From the NCBI GenBank assembly GCA_041737125.1, contig JBGSSJ010000011.1:33568-97567 (forward strand): a DNA stretch of 64,000 bases, written 5' to 3'. The translations under genes were made by a program, and so were the position numbers. Origin of the DNA: Minisyncoccia bacterium (GTDB lineage Bacteria > Patescibacteriota > Minisyncoccia > Phycocordibacterales > UBA9973). Of the stretch, positions 55,972 to 64,000 are shown in pieces; positions within the stretch are counted from its first letter, which is position 1, and the number at the start of each line of letters is the position of its first letter. The notes under the pieces are model-generated. The model made no database searches, had not been told where the DNA came from, and was given only the letters and a program-made list of their open reading frames with translations.

Positions 55972-58900
55972 ATTTTATTTTCTACCTCCGGCAGATCTCC
56001 CAGAGGCGACATCTTACTAGAAAAACTATGGTAATTCTGGTAGAGCTTGTCTATGTTTGTATCTATAATTTTCTTGCCGTTTTTGTCTTTGACAATGAGA
56101 GTGCTCCCTTTTGAAACTGCACCAATATTTGCACATGCGATGCCTTTCATCATTTTTTCAAATAGAGATTTATTCTTCTTTGCAACCGTTACAAGTACTC
56201 GCCCCTGGCTCTCAGAGAATAGTGCATTACTTCCTGATGTATATGTACCCGGTAGCTTCTTTATTGAAATATCAGCACCAAGCATTGAGCCTGTACATGC
56301 TTTCGCAAGTGCGCATGCTATTCCTCCAGATGATATAGATAGAGATGAAGCGATGACCCCTGTTTTTATAGCTTTCTCTAATGCTTTGTATGTCTTCTTA
56401 TTCTTCTGCCAATTAACTCTTGGTACTTGTGTACCGATCTTTGTAGTATCATTACCGGCGAGTAATTTATAATATTCTGATGCACCGAGTTCATCGTGCG
56501 TCTCGCCCAACACATATACCAAATCCCCTGCGACTTTCCACTCTGGTGTAACTGCTTTATTTATATCAGGAATTACTCCGATAGCAGAGATAAGTAGCGT
56601 AGGAGGAATAGATATTGAGAGAGGATTCCCCTTCTTGTCGTAGCCTCGGAAGTCATTGAACATACTGTCTTTACCTGAGATGAATGGAGTGCCGTACCCG
56701 ACTGCGTAGTCGTAACATGCGCGAACTGCAAGCACGAGCTCTGCCAAGCGGGACTTATCATAAGAAGAGCACCAGCAGAAGTTATCAAGTATTGCCAAGT
56801 TATCCATGGACGCACCGCAAGCTATAGCATTCCTGATAGCTGTATCGATAGCAGAACCTGCCATATGATATGTGTCGATATCGGAATATGAAGGATATAA
56901 ACCAGTGGATAGAACTACGCCTTTAGTAGATGAAAGTAGTGGCCGGATAACTTGCGCATCAGTGTTCACACGGCCAGGGCCTGACTGAGGTTTGATCACA
57001 GAACCTGCTTGGACTTCATGATCGTATTGTTCTGATATCCAAGCAAAGCCCCCAATGTTCCCAGATCGAAGTAGTGCGAGTAAACTATCAGTCACATTTA
57101 TATTGGTAGGTAACTTTGGCTCTGATAAATTCTTCGGAGTAAGTTCAGAAACAAGTGACCTAGTCGGTAGACCATTGTGGAGGAAGTCCATCGCCATCTT
57201 CATAATGACTTTGCCATTATGTTTAACTACGCAATCTTTCGAATTATTAAATTCTCCAATTCTTACTGCAAGAACTCCGCGTGACTCCATGAGAGCATTA
57301 AATTCCTTCCATTTATTTTTCGGCACAGACAGTGTCATGCGCTCTTGTGATTCTGAAATCCATATCTGCCAAGGAGTGAGTCCTTCATACTTCAGTGGGA
57401 CCTTCTCTATATCTACTACACATCCTCCGCACTCTTTCGCCATCTCGGCTACCGAGCAAGATATACCTCCTGCACCATTATCGGTAATACTTGTGTAGAG
57501 CCCAAGATTGCGTGCTTCTTTGACTATGGCATCGCTTAATTTCTTCTGAGTTATCGGATCACCTATTTGGACCGCTGTCGCAGGACTAGATGAATCCATA
57601 GCTACAGATGAGAACGTAGCTCCGTGTATGCCGTCTGCTCCGACTTTACCTCCGACTATTACTATGTAGTCGCCACTCTGTGCATTCTTCTCGTGTGCAA
57701 GCTTGCCGTTTATTTTCCTTGGGGATAAGCCGACAGTGCCTACGAATACTAGAGGCTTCGCCCGGAAGCGATCGTCATACCTAGCAAATCCTGATACTGT
57801 AGGTATACCAGAGCAGTTACCTCCTACATTTACTCCACGAATAACTCCATCGATAATACGCTTGGGTGGAAGCATTTTCTGTGTTAAATTCTTATCGCGA
57901 TAAAGTGGCCTTGTGTCATCGGGATTTCCGAAGCAGAAGCCGAAAGTATTCCCCACTGGCTTGGCACCTAGACCGAAGCCGATAGTGTCGCGATTCACGC
58001 CGACAATACCTGTAATAGCTCCACCAAATGGATCAAGTGCTGAAGGGCTGTTATGTGTCTCTACTTTGTGTGTAATAATATGATCCTTGTCGAAAACTAT
58101 TCCCCCAGCATTATCAGAGAATACAGAAATACAAAAATCATTATCTCCCTTCTCTTTTCTTATCTTATTTGTCGCGCCTTTGATATAAGTTTTATAAAGT
58201 CCATCTTTGATGTCATCGATAGAATTTGCAAATATTGTATGCTTGCAATGTTCACTCCATGTCTGCGCCAAAGATTCAAGCTCGATATCTGTAGGATTGC
58301 GTTTTAACTTGTGGAAATATTCTTGGATTATCTTCATTGATGCAAGATCAAGAGCAAGTGGCCCACGGCGAGTATTTGATTCTTTGTCAAAAATGCCCTC
58401 CTTCCCTATCTTTATAAGTTCGTCATCAGATACAGAAAGTGCGACTTCTATGACAGGAACTTTCTTTGCTAGTTTGACTGACGGCACAATAGTAGAGAGT
58501 TCATTGTTCTTGATAGAACTTTTCTTAATTATATTAAACCTTTCTATCAGTTGATTATGTAGTGAGTACGCAATCTTCTTCACATCAGATTCACTCACAG
58601 TCCCTGCGATGAAAAATAGTCGTGAAGTGTACACTGCTTCACCCGGGGTAAATGGGCGCTTGATAGTATCGACTATCTCCTCCATAGTAGTATGAGCTAC
58701 ATTGTCTGTAACTCCGGGCATGAACCCAATCTCACATATAAAAGAAAAATTGCCGGAAGGCGGCAAGGTATTAATCGATGATGACTCTATTCTTTTATTT
58801 GTCAGAGCTTGTGCGATATTTGCAAGTTCAGTCTTGGATAGCTTCGCGTCTATAGTGTATGAGTCGACGAGCTCGACTGAAGTGACTTTCCCTGTAAGGT

Positions 58901-58979
58901 CTAGGTTGTTGAATGATTTCTGATACAAATCCCCTCTGCTATCTTTTCTTGTCGGTTTAATATATATCCTCGAAATCAT
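55968..58979 (-). CDS. purL: FGAM synthase synthetase subunit (PurL) with ~230-aa N-terminal lgPurL-type (PurS-like) extension
   Basis: 1003 aa vs ~740 for small PurL; 'SEHCKHTIFANSI' marks canonical smPurL N-terminus at ~aa 250; AIRS-like duplicated domains; overlaps purQ start. Confidence 0.85.
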   Translation of the reverse strand: MISRIYIKPTRKDSRGDLYQKSFNNLDLTGKVTSVELVDSYTIDAKLSKTELANIAQALTNKRIESSSINTLPPSGNFSFICEIGFMPGVTDNVAHTTMEEIVDTIKRPFTPGEAVYTSRLFFIAGTVSESDVKKIAYSLHNQLIERFNIIKKSSIKNNELSTIVPSVKLAKKVPVIEVALSVSDDELIKIGKEGIFDKESNTRRGPLALDLASMKIIQEYFHKLKRNPTDIELESLAQTWSEHCKHTIFANSIDDIKDGLYKTYIKGATNKIRKEKGDNDFCISVFSDNAGGIVFDKDHIITHKVETHNSPSALDPFGGAITGIVGVNRDTIGFGLGAKPVGNTFGFCFGNPDDTRPLYRDKNLTQKMLPPKRIIDGVIRGVNVGGNCSGIPTVSGFARYDDRFRAKPLVFVGTVGLSPRKINGKLAHEKNAQSGDYIVIVGGKVGADGIHGATFSSVAMDSSSPATAVQIGDPITQKKLSDAIVKEARNLGLYTSITDNGAGGISCSVAEMAKECGGCVVDIEKVPLKYEGLTPWQIWISESQERMTLSVPKNKWKEFNALMESRGVLAVRIGEFNNSKDCVVKHNGKVIMKMAMDFLHNGLPTRSLVSELTPKNLSEPKLPTNINVTDSLLALLRSGNIGGFAWISEQYDHEVQAGSVIKPQSGPGRVNTDAQVIRPLLSSTKGVVLSTGLYPSYSDIDTYHMAGSAIDTAIRNAIACGASMDNLAILDNFCWCSSYDKSRLAELVLAVRACYDYAVGYGTPFISGKDSMFNDFRGYDKKGNPLSISIPPTLLISAIGVIPDINKAVTPEWKVAGDLVYVLGETHDELGASEYYKLLAGNDTTKIGTQVPRVNWQKNKKTYKALEKAIKTGVIASSLSISSGGIACALAKACTGSMLGADISIKKLPGTYTSGSNALFSESQGRVLVTVAKKNKSLFEKMMKGIACANIGAVSKGSTLIVKDKNGKKIIDTNIDKLYQNYHSFSSKMSPLGDLPEVENKI

Positions 58980-59039
58980 GTATGTATTCTATAATAAATT
59001 AGATGTAATTACAAACTAAAAAAATAATGATAAAAATTG

Positions 59040-59126
59040 CGGAGAGGAGAGGATTTGAACCTCCGAAGGCTTTAACACCTTGCTGCCTTTCCAAGGCAGT
59101 GCACTAGACCACTATGCGACCTCTCC
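59040..59126 (-). tRNA. tRNA-Ser (anticodon GGA), class II with long variable arm, G73 discriminator, CCA not encoded
   Basis: GGAGAGG-UC-GCAU-AGUGGUCUA-GUGC-A-CUGCC-UUGGAAA-GGCAG-[CAAGGUGUUAAAGCCUUC]-GGAGG-UUCAAAU-CCUCU-CCUCUCC-G folds as cloverleaf. Confidence 0.85.
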
Positions 59127-59172
59127 ATAAACTCTAACTAGAATACTTTAAATAAGGCCCTAAATCAATACC

Positions 59173-60042
59173 TTACAATCTATGAGGAAGGTCCCCTATC
59201 TTTTCGAAATGGAACCTATCCAGTCGAGGCTTGAGCATTGCCATCAAGGTCGCTGCTGCATTATATTGCTTTTCTAATAACTTTAAATGCTTGTCAAAAG
59301 AAAAACCAAATAGATTTTGCTTTTCAATAAAGAAGTAGATTTGATTGTCGACTAGCTCGATATCCACCTTTATCTCTTGATCTAGTATTTTTGCGAGTAT
59401 TTCTGGAGTAAATATTTCCAGAGCTTCAATATGATACCCCTCGGGTATAGATACTTGAAAAGATTTCTCAAATTCTAAGGGAACCGAAACCTTTTTACCT
59501 ATATTAAGCCCGTAGCTATCTCTCTTATAATTTAGATAGATATGAGGAAGTGAGCCTTCTACTTTTATAGATATAACAGTATAATTATATGCTTGATAGT
59601 TTTTATCTGTGACAGAGTTTTTCTTCGAAAATGAATATTGAAATATTTTAGTTTGATTTTTACCTTCTTCAAACAATGCAACGTGTTTAATATTATTAAA
59701 ATCACCTTGCTTGAACATTATTGCTTTCTCTGTATTTGGATTACCAGTTTGTTTATACTCACCACCGTTAACTTTGCAAAAATTATACCAGAATTTCCTT
59801 TCAGCCTGCTTAAATACATTACCCAAATAAACACCTAGTAAAAGGAGGGGCGACACAATAATGAAAACTATAGTATCTCCATCTAATCCAAAATTTCTAT
59901 TATCTAGATAGAGGAACTTATATACCGAAAGACAAATTAAAATACTAACCAAAATTAATATTAATGTTACTGGTCTTGTCTTATCGCCAACTTTCTTTAT
60001 CTGCTGATTATGTTCAGAAATTAGGAAATTTAATTTTTTCAT
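59173..60042 (-). CDS. hypothetical membrane protein (2 TM near N-terminus)
   Basis: TMs 'VTLILILVSILICLSVYKF' and 'IVFIIVSPLLLLGVYLG'; downstream of htpX. Confidence 0.5.
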   Translation of the reverse strand: MKKLNFLISEHNQQIKKVGDKTRPVTLILILVSILICLSVYKFLYLDNRNFGLDGDTIVFIIVSPLLLLGVYLGNVFKQAERKFWYNFCKVNGGEYKQTGNPNTEKAIMFKQGDFNNIKHVALFEEGKNQTKIFQYSFSKKNSVTDKNYQAYNYTVISIKVEGSLPHIYLNYKRDSYGLNIGKKVSVPLEFEKSFQVSIPEGYHIEALEIFTPEILAKILDQEIKVDIELVDNQIYFFIEKQNLFGFSFDKHLKLLEKQYNAAATLMAMLKPRLDRFHFEKIGDLPHRL

Positions 60043-60043
60043 A

Positions 60044-60931
60044 TTACATCCCTCGTAGTATTTTCACTCGTTCTTCTGCAGGAGGATGAGTGGCAAATAA
60101 ACCTTGGACCTTCTTGCCGAAGCTTGAACCCTTCGGATCTGATATATACAAGTGAGCAATAGCTTTCGACTGCTTCTGCATCGGACGAGCGTATTGCTGG
60201 ATCTTCTCGAGCGCTCGAGCAAGCCCTTCTGGGTAGCGAGTAAGGAGTGCACCTGATGCATCGGCTAGGAACTCTCGTTTGCGGGAGATGGCTAGCTGTA
60301 AAAGGACGGCGAAAATTGGTGCAAGTATGGATAGCACTATGCCTACAATCATGAGTACATTACCTCCTTTATTATCGCGATCACCTCCCCCGCCAAATAT
60401 CATACTCCTCATGAACACATCAGCAAGTATTGATACGAATCCGACAAGCACTACCGCCACTGTCGATATGAGCATATCCTTGTTCCCTATGTGTGAGAGC
60501 TCGTGAGCTATGACCCCTTCGAGTTCATTCTTCTCGAGTATTGCGAGTAGCCCCGTAGTCACCGCTACGACCGCATGCTTCGCGTTACGTCCTGTCGCAA
60601 AGGCATTCGGAGCTTGATCTTCTATAACATAGACTTTCGGCATTGGAAGGCCTGCAGTAATGGAAAGATTCTCGACTGTGGTATATAAGTCGAAGTACCG
60701 AGCTCTATCTACCAAGTGTGCGCCAGAGAGCTTGAGCACTATCTTGTCCGAGAACCAGTAAGAAGTGACATTCATAACAATACTGAAAATGACAAAGATA
60801 ACGAGAAGTGATGGGTCCTGATAATAGTAGCTAAAGAACCATCCGAGCCCAATAACAACGATGAAGAACATGGTCATAAGCATCCAAGTCTTCGCAATAT
60901 TCTTTGATTGGTGGGTATAAAGTGTAGCCAT
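60044..60931 (-). CDS. htpX: M48 zinc metalloprotease HtpX
   Basis: 'GVIAHELSHIGNKDML' HExxH; 4 TM topology typical of HtpX. Confidence 0.9.
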   Translation of the reverse strand: MATLYTHQSKNIAKTWMLMTMFFIVVIGLGWFFSYYYQDPSLLVIFVIFSIVMNVTSYWFSDKIVLKLSGAHLVDRARYFDLYTTVENLSITAGLPMPKVYVIEDQAPNAFATGRNAKHAVVAVTTGLLAILEKNELEGVIAHELSHIGNKDMLISTVAVVLVGFVSILADVFMRSMIFGGGGDRDNKGGNVLMIVGIVLSILAPIFAVLLQLAISRKREFLADASGALLTRYPEGLARALEKIQQYARPMQKQSKAIAHLYISDPKGSSFGKKVQGLFATHPPAEERVKILRGM

Positions 60932-61038
60932 ATATAAATTCTATATTGGGATTATAGCATATTAGCCAAAGTGCCCCAAAGCCCCAAGCTTGACAATTAC
61001 CCTCTAATATGTTAGGGTATGCACAAATCATAATCACA

Positions 61039-61530
61039 ATGAAATACCGTCTCATGCTCGCGATTGCATTAATCGCCACAGTACTTAGCCTCCAATCCTG
61101 CACGAAGGACACAGGAGAAATGCTAAAAAAGAAAATCGTGCATACTGATAGCCCTCCCGAGGACTTGCCAAGAGAGAGTTACATCCCTTATGGTGAAAGT
61201 GAAAAGGGTTTTATTTTTGCCAAAGACCTGGAAAAAATAAAAGAGCAAGGGCACCAATGTAACTATTTCTACGATGCGTCTGATATGCAGTGGTATTCGG
61301 ACCGTTGCGGCAAATGGTACCTGGTTCCTACCTATTTGTATTGGGGGGAGAAAAACGGGGTTATCTATCTTTCTGGAGACAGGAAGTGGATGGCGACCTA
61401 CAAGGACATCCTGCTGGATGTAAATGATGCGATAAGAGGCAAAACTGAGATCTTGGTAAGAATAATGAACCAGACTCAGTGGCAACAAAATGCCGTCAAC
61501 GCAGCATATCAAATATCCTGGGTACCTTAA
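61039..61530 (+). CDS. putative lipoprotein (163 aa), locally higher GC
   Basis: signal peptide + 'LSLQSC' lipobox-like; ORF opens at 61009 but Met 61039 gives canonical signal peptide. Confidence 0.5.
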   Translation: MKYRLMLAIALIATVLSLQSCTKDTGEMLKKKIVHTDSPPEDLPRESYIPYGESEKGFIFAKDLEKIKEQGHQCNYFYDASDMQWYSDRCGKWYLVPTYLYWGEKNGVIYLSGDRKWMATYKDILLDVNDAIRGKTEILVRIMNQTQWQQNAVNAAYQISWVP

Positions 61531-61548
61531 GCAACTGCCCACACAAAA

Positions 61549-61590
61549 GAAACAACCGCCAGACGATAATAATTCGTCTGGCTGTTTTTT
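61549..61590. terminator. intrinsic terminator gccagacga-ataataa-ttcgtctggc + T6
   Basis: seen directly; between convergent 61039..61530(+) and 61608..62573(-). Confidence 0.65.
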
Positions 61591-61607
61591 ATTTTATAAC
61601 GATTTTT

Positions 61608-62573
61608 TTATCTAGGTTTACTCTCTAAATCAGGAGTTGGTATATGTTGGCGACTAAACATATCCCCTATCTTTGCAATAATAAATACTAATAAAATAAC
61701 ATAACTTTCCGAAACAAATCCGAATTTGTAGTTTAAATAAAGAAAAACTATTACACAAAGTATCATTAGTGTATGTTTGATAGGGAGATTGTGGTGCGGG
61801 TTAAAATACTCTGCAAACTCATCGATTGCTAATTTTAATATTTGCTTACGTTCTTCCCAGGATTCATACTTACCAGGGATGGGTGAGAGTTTTAATAAGT
61901 AAGTTGCGTAAGGAATAATATATCCTATGAGCATACCTGAAGCCAAGACATCTATAATATTTAGGTTGGTATTAAAATTTGAGCCAAAGAAAAAGTCCAT
62001 ATCAGAGATACGTAAATGCATTGCGTAAATACCAATGACCATAGCTAGAAAAATAACATAGAAGCTTGCACGTATATATTTATTGATATCTATATTTGTA
62101 TAAATATTGATAATTGATAGTAAAAATATTAGTGTAAATACTATCCAGATTATAGGAGTAACACCAGTTATTAACATTAAATATCCTAACAATACACAAT
62201 AAAGCAGGAATGTCTGTTCATTGATTTTGGGAGAAATATATTTATGTATCCAAGTAGAAAATATACATCCCGTCAGCAACAACACAATTGCAGTATTTAA
62301 ATATACATTATAATAGTATTCCCCATTAGTAGAGAGGAAACCAGTTCCTGCCATAAATACAGATGGGATCATTGCCCAGATTAGATCAGTCCATTTAATT
62401 TGCTTGTTCCTAACAATAGGAAAAATAAATTGTATCAAGTAACCAAAAGAGAAAACTACAAGATATAGTAATCGATCATGCTCTGTTGGGGACTTATAAT
62501 ATTCATATATAAAAGGAATAGTTACTAACCCTAATACTAGGATTATAAATATTAGGGGTAGAAATTTTTTCAT
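61608..62573 (-). CDS. polytopic integral membrane protein (≥8 TM), function unknown
   Basis: hydrophobic segments throughout 321 aa. Confidence 0.55.
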   Translation of the reverse strand: MKKFLPLIFIILVLGLVTIPFIYEYYKSPTEHDRLLYLVVFSFGYLIQFIFPIVRNKQIKWTDLIWAMIPSVFMAGTGFLSTNGEYYYNVYLNTAIVLLLTGCIFSTWIHKYISPKINEQTFLLYCVLLGYLMLITGVTPIIWIVFTLIFLLSIINIYTNIDINKYIRASFYVIFLAMVIGIYAMHLRISDMDFFFGSNFNTNLNIIDVLASGMLIGYIIPYATYLLKLSPIPGKYESWEERKQILKLAIDEFAEYFNPHHNLPIKHTLMILCVIVFLYLNYKFGFVSESYVILLVFIIAKIGDMFSRQHIPTPDLESKPR

Positions 62574-62577
62574 AGAG

Positions 62578-63495
62578 TTATTTTACAACGATTGGGATTA
62601 GAACATATTTTACTATATACCCTGCTCTCTCGGATTCATCACGAGGGTCGTCTTGTATAAGTCTTATATAATAATTCCCTGCAGGTATTTTGCTAAAGTC
62701 GAAATCAACAGAGAATGACACATTACCAGTAGTCATCCAGTCCGTAGTAGCATTCGCATAGCCTGGGCCGTATGAAGTCACTTTTTTATTAGCATCGAGG
62801 ATGGAGACTAGGATGTTCCCTTCAAAGAAATATCCACCTTTCATAACTCCGGTTACTTTCACTTTACCTGTCACTTCCTGCCCTGGCTTGATAGAGAATG
62901 ACACCAAGTCCTCCTTATTCCCTTCTATCTGTGGCCACCCGACGAATTTGAAAGTTGAAAGTAAGTTTATGAGTTGACTCTTCTGTTCGCTAGTTACCCC
63001 CGTCCTAAAATCGTAAGCAACGTTTCCTTTCTTCAGCCAGTAAATATCTTGTTCTCCACATTCATAAAGCTTGAACATTGTTTCACCAATTCTTGTATCC
63101 TTTGGTGGACAATCCTTCGCAAATAACATATTACTCTTTTCCCATGTTACGGCATCACTTATATACAAAAGAGTATCACCATTTGGTAAGGATATTGATG
63201 TTACCATAGAACCCGTTTCTTCTTTCGGTATAAACCCTTTCGGCAATTCAATACTAAATCCATGATTTGTGTATGTATAAGTGTCTTTGACTTGTGGTCT
63301 TATCGTTTCATCTTTTTCTTCTAATTCTTTTTGTTCTTCTACCGCTTCTTTATCTCCACCAAGGAAAGAGAAGTATTTCTCCCGATCTTTCGACATCAAC
63401 ATAAGAGCGATAACCATAAGTACTATGAGTACCAATAGAAGCCCAGAGTTTAGCTTTGAGCCGAAGAAATTTTTACCCCAATAATCTTTTTCCAT
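62578..63495 (-). CDS. N-terminally anchored protein with C-terminal Gmad2-type immunoglobulin-like domain
   Basis: TM 'LLLVLIVLMVIALMLM'; 'KVKVTGVMKGGYFFEGNILVSILDANKKVTSYGPGYANATTDWMTTGNVSFSVDFDFS' fits Gmad2 (GerM-associated Ig-like) pattern. Confidence 0.55.
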   Translation of the reverse strand: MEKDYWGKNFFGSKLNSGLLLVLIVLMVIALMLMSKDREKYFSFLGGDKEAVEEQKELEEKDETIRPQVKDTYTYTNHGFSIELPKGFIPKEETGSMVTSISLPNGDTLLYISDAVTWEKSNMLFAKDCPPKDTRIGETMFKLYECGEQDIYWLKKGNVAYDFRTGVTSEQKSQLINLLSTFKFVGWPQIEGNKEDLVSFSIKPGQEVTGKVKVTGVMKGGYFFEGNILVSILDANKKVTSYGPGYANATTDWMTTGNVSFSVDFDFSKIPAGNYYIRLIQDDPRDESERAGYIVKYVLIPIVVK

Positions 63496-63565
63496 ACTAG
63501 ATTTTTAATGAATTATTTAATAAAGTGGTTAAAAAAATTATAGTCGCTATGCTCCTTAATTATTT

Positions 63566-64000
63566 CTAAAATTTAACTTCTACATTCTTCTGGGCGACGT
63601 CGTTATCATCAAGGTCGAAGAATTCCATTGCCTTGAATGAGAACATGCCAGAGATAACATTCCCTGGGAACTGTTGGATGCTAGTATTTAAGTCACGAAC
63701 ATTTGCATTGTAGAATCTGCGAGCTGCTTGAATCTTATTCTCTGTATCTGAAAGCTCTCTCTGAAGTTCGAGGAAGTTCGCATTCGCTTTAAGGTCTGGA
63801 TAAGCTTCTGCTATGCCGAAAAGTCCCGTGATAGCTTGGCCTAGGACTGCTTCTGCTTTGCCGTGCTCCCCTGCAGTACGCGCACCCATAGCAGCAGCAC
63901 GAGCCTGAGTCACCTTCTCGAAAGCTGTGGACTCGTGAGTTGCATAGCCTTTGACAGCATTCACCAAGTTCGGAATCAGATCATAACGGCGCTTCAGCTG
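63566..64000 (-). CDS. lemA: LemA-family protein (N-terminus beyond window end)
   Basis: 'TQARAAAMGA...LFGIAEAYPDLKANANFLELQRELSDTENKIQAARRFYNANVRDLNTSIQQFPGNVIS' is the conserved LemA core; reading frame stays open to 64000. Confidence 0.8.
   Translation of the reverse strand, partial: QLKRRYDLIPNLVNAVKGYATHESTAFEKVTQARAAAMGARTAGEHGKAEAVLGQAITGLFGIAEAYPDLKANANFLELQRELSDTENKIQAARRFYNANVRDLNTSIQQFPGNVISGMFSFKAMEFFDLDDNDVAQKNVEVKF

Noticed and set aside
60831-61112. 93-aa minus-strand ORF overlapping htpX start
   Set aside because: It overlaps htpX and the upstream region with no signal, and is likely spurious.
1-64000. CRISPR arrays, rRNA genes, IS transposases, integrases
   Set aside because: No direct-repeat/spacer arrays, no rRNA-like conserved stretches and no transposase or integrase-like ORFs were found. 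The only tRNA is Ser(GGA) at 59040-59126.

Overview
Low-GC (~35-40%) window from a reduced-genome bacterium; gene order, short aminoacyl-tRNA synthetase forms and fused genes point to a CPR/Patescibacteria-like lineage or a similarly reduced one. It is gene-dense, mostly minus-strand, and carries tightly packed, often overlapping genes.

Housekeeping blocks:
- trmD / KH protein / rpsP; RNase R; a CapA-VanY fusion; rnc-smc; a NusB-NUDIX fusion; rpmF; thrS; gyrB.
- pheT / pheS; a UvrD-type helicase-nuclease; an ABC exporter; murI; an M24 peptidase; a SAM methyltransferase; NDH-2.
- A near-complete de novo purine operon (purL-Q-F-N-D-K-E-M-C-B) followed by tRNA-Ser(GGA); then htpX and lemA.

Surface-protein island (~18.5 kb, 14.7-33.3 kb) wedged between gyrB and pheT:
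- Three paralogous cohesin-like, C-terminally anchored proteins, two sharing a conserved cytoplasmic tail motif, plus a dockerin-repeat protein with a poly-Gly tract.
- A TM-anchored secreted protein, two paralogous Thr/Ala/Gly-rich secreted proteins, and a membrane-anchored beta-lactamase-fold serine hydrolase.
- A 3,249-aa N-terminally anchored giant protein built from tail-fibre-like Gly/Thr repeats, a LamG domain and a lectin-like C-terminus, with near-identical internal DNA repeats.

Other notable points:
- A family of three related structured intergenic elements inside the pur operon (upstream of purB, purE and purN), with compensatory changes preserving an internal hairpin.
- An inverted-repeat-flanked insertion between pheS and pheT carrying a frameshifted 'four-helix-bundle / 23S-IVS' gene.
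- -10 boxes lying directly against start codons, suggesting leaderless or near-leaderless mRNAs.
- No CRISPR arrays, rRNA genes or transposases were seen.
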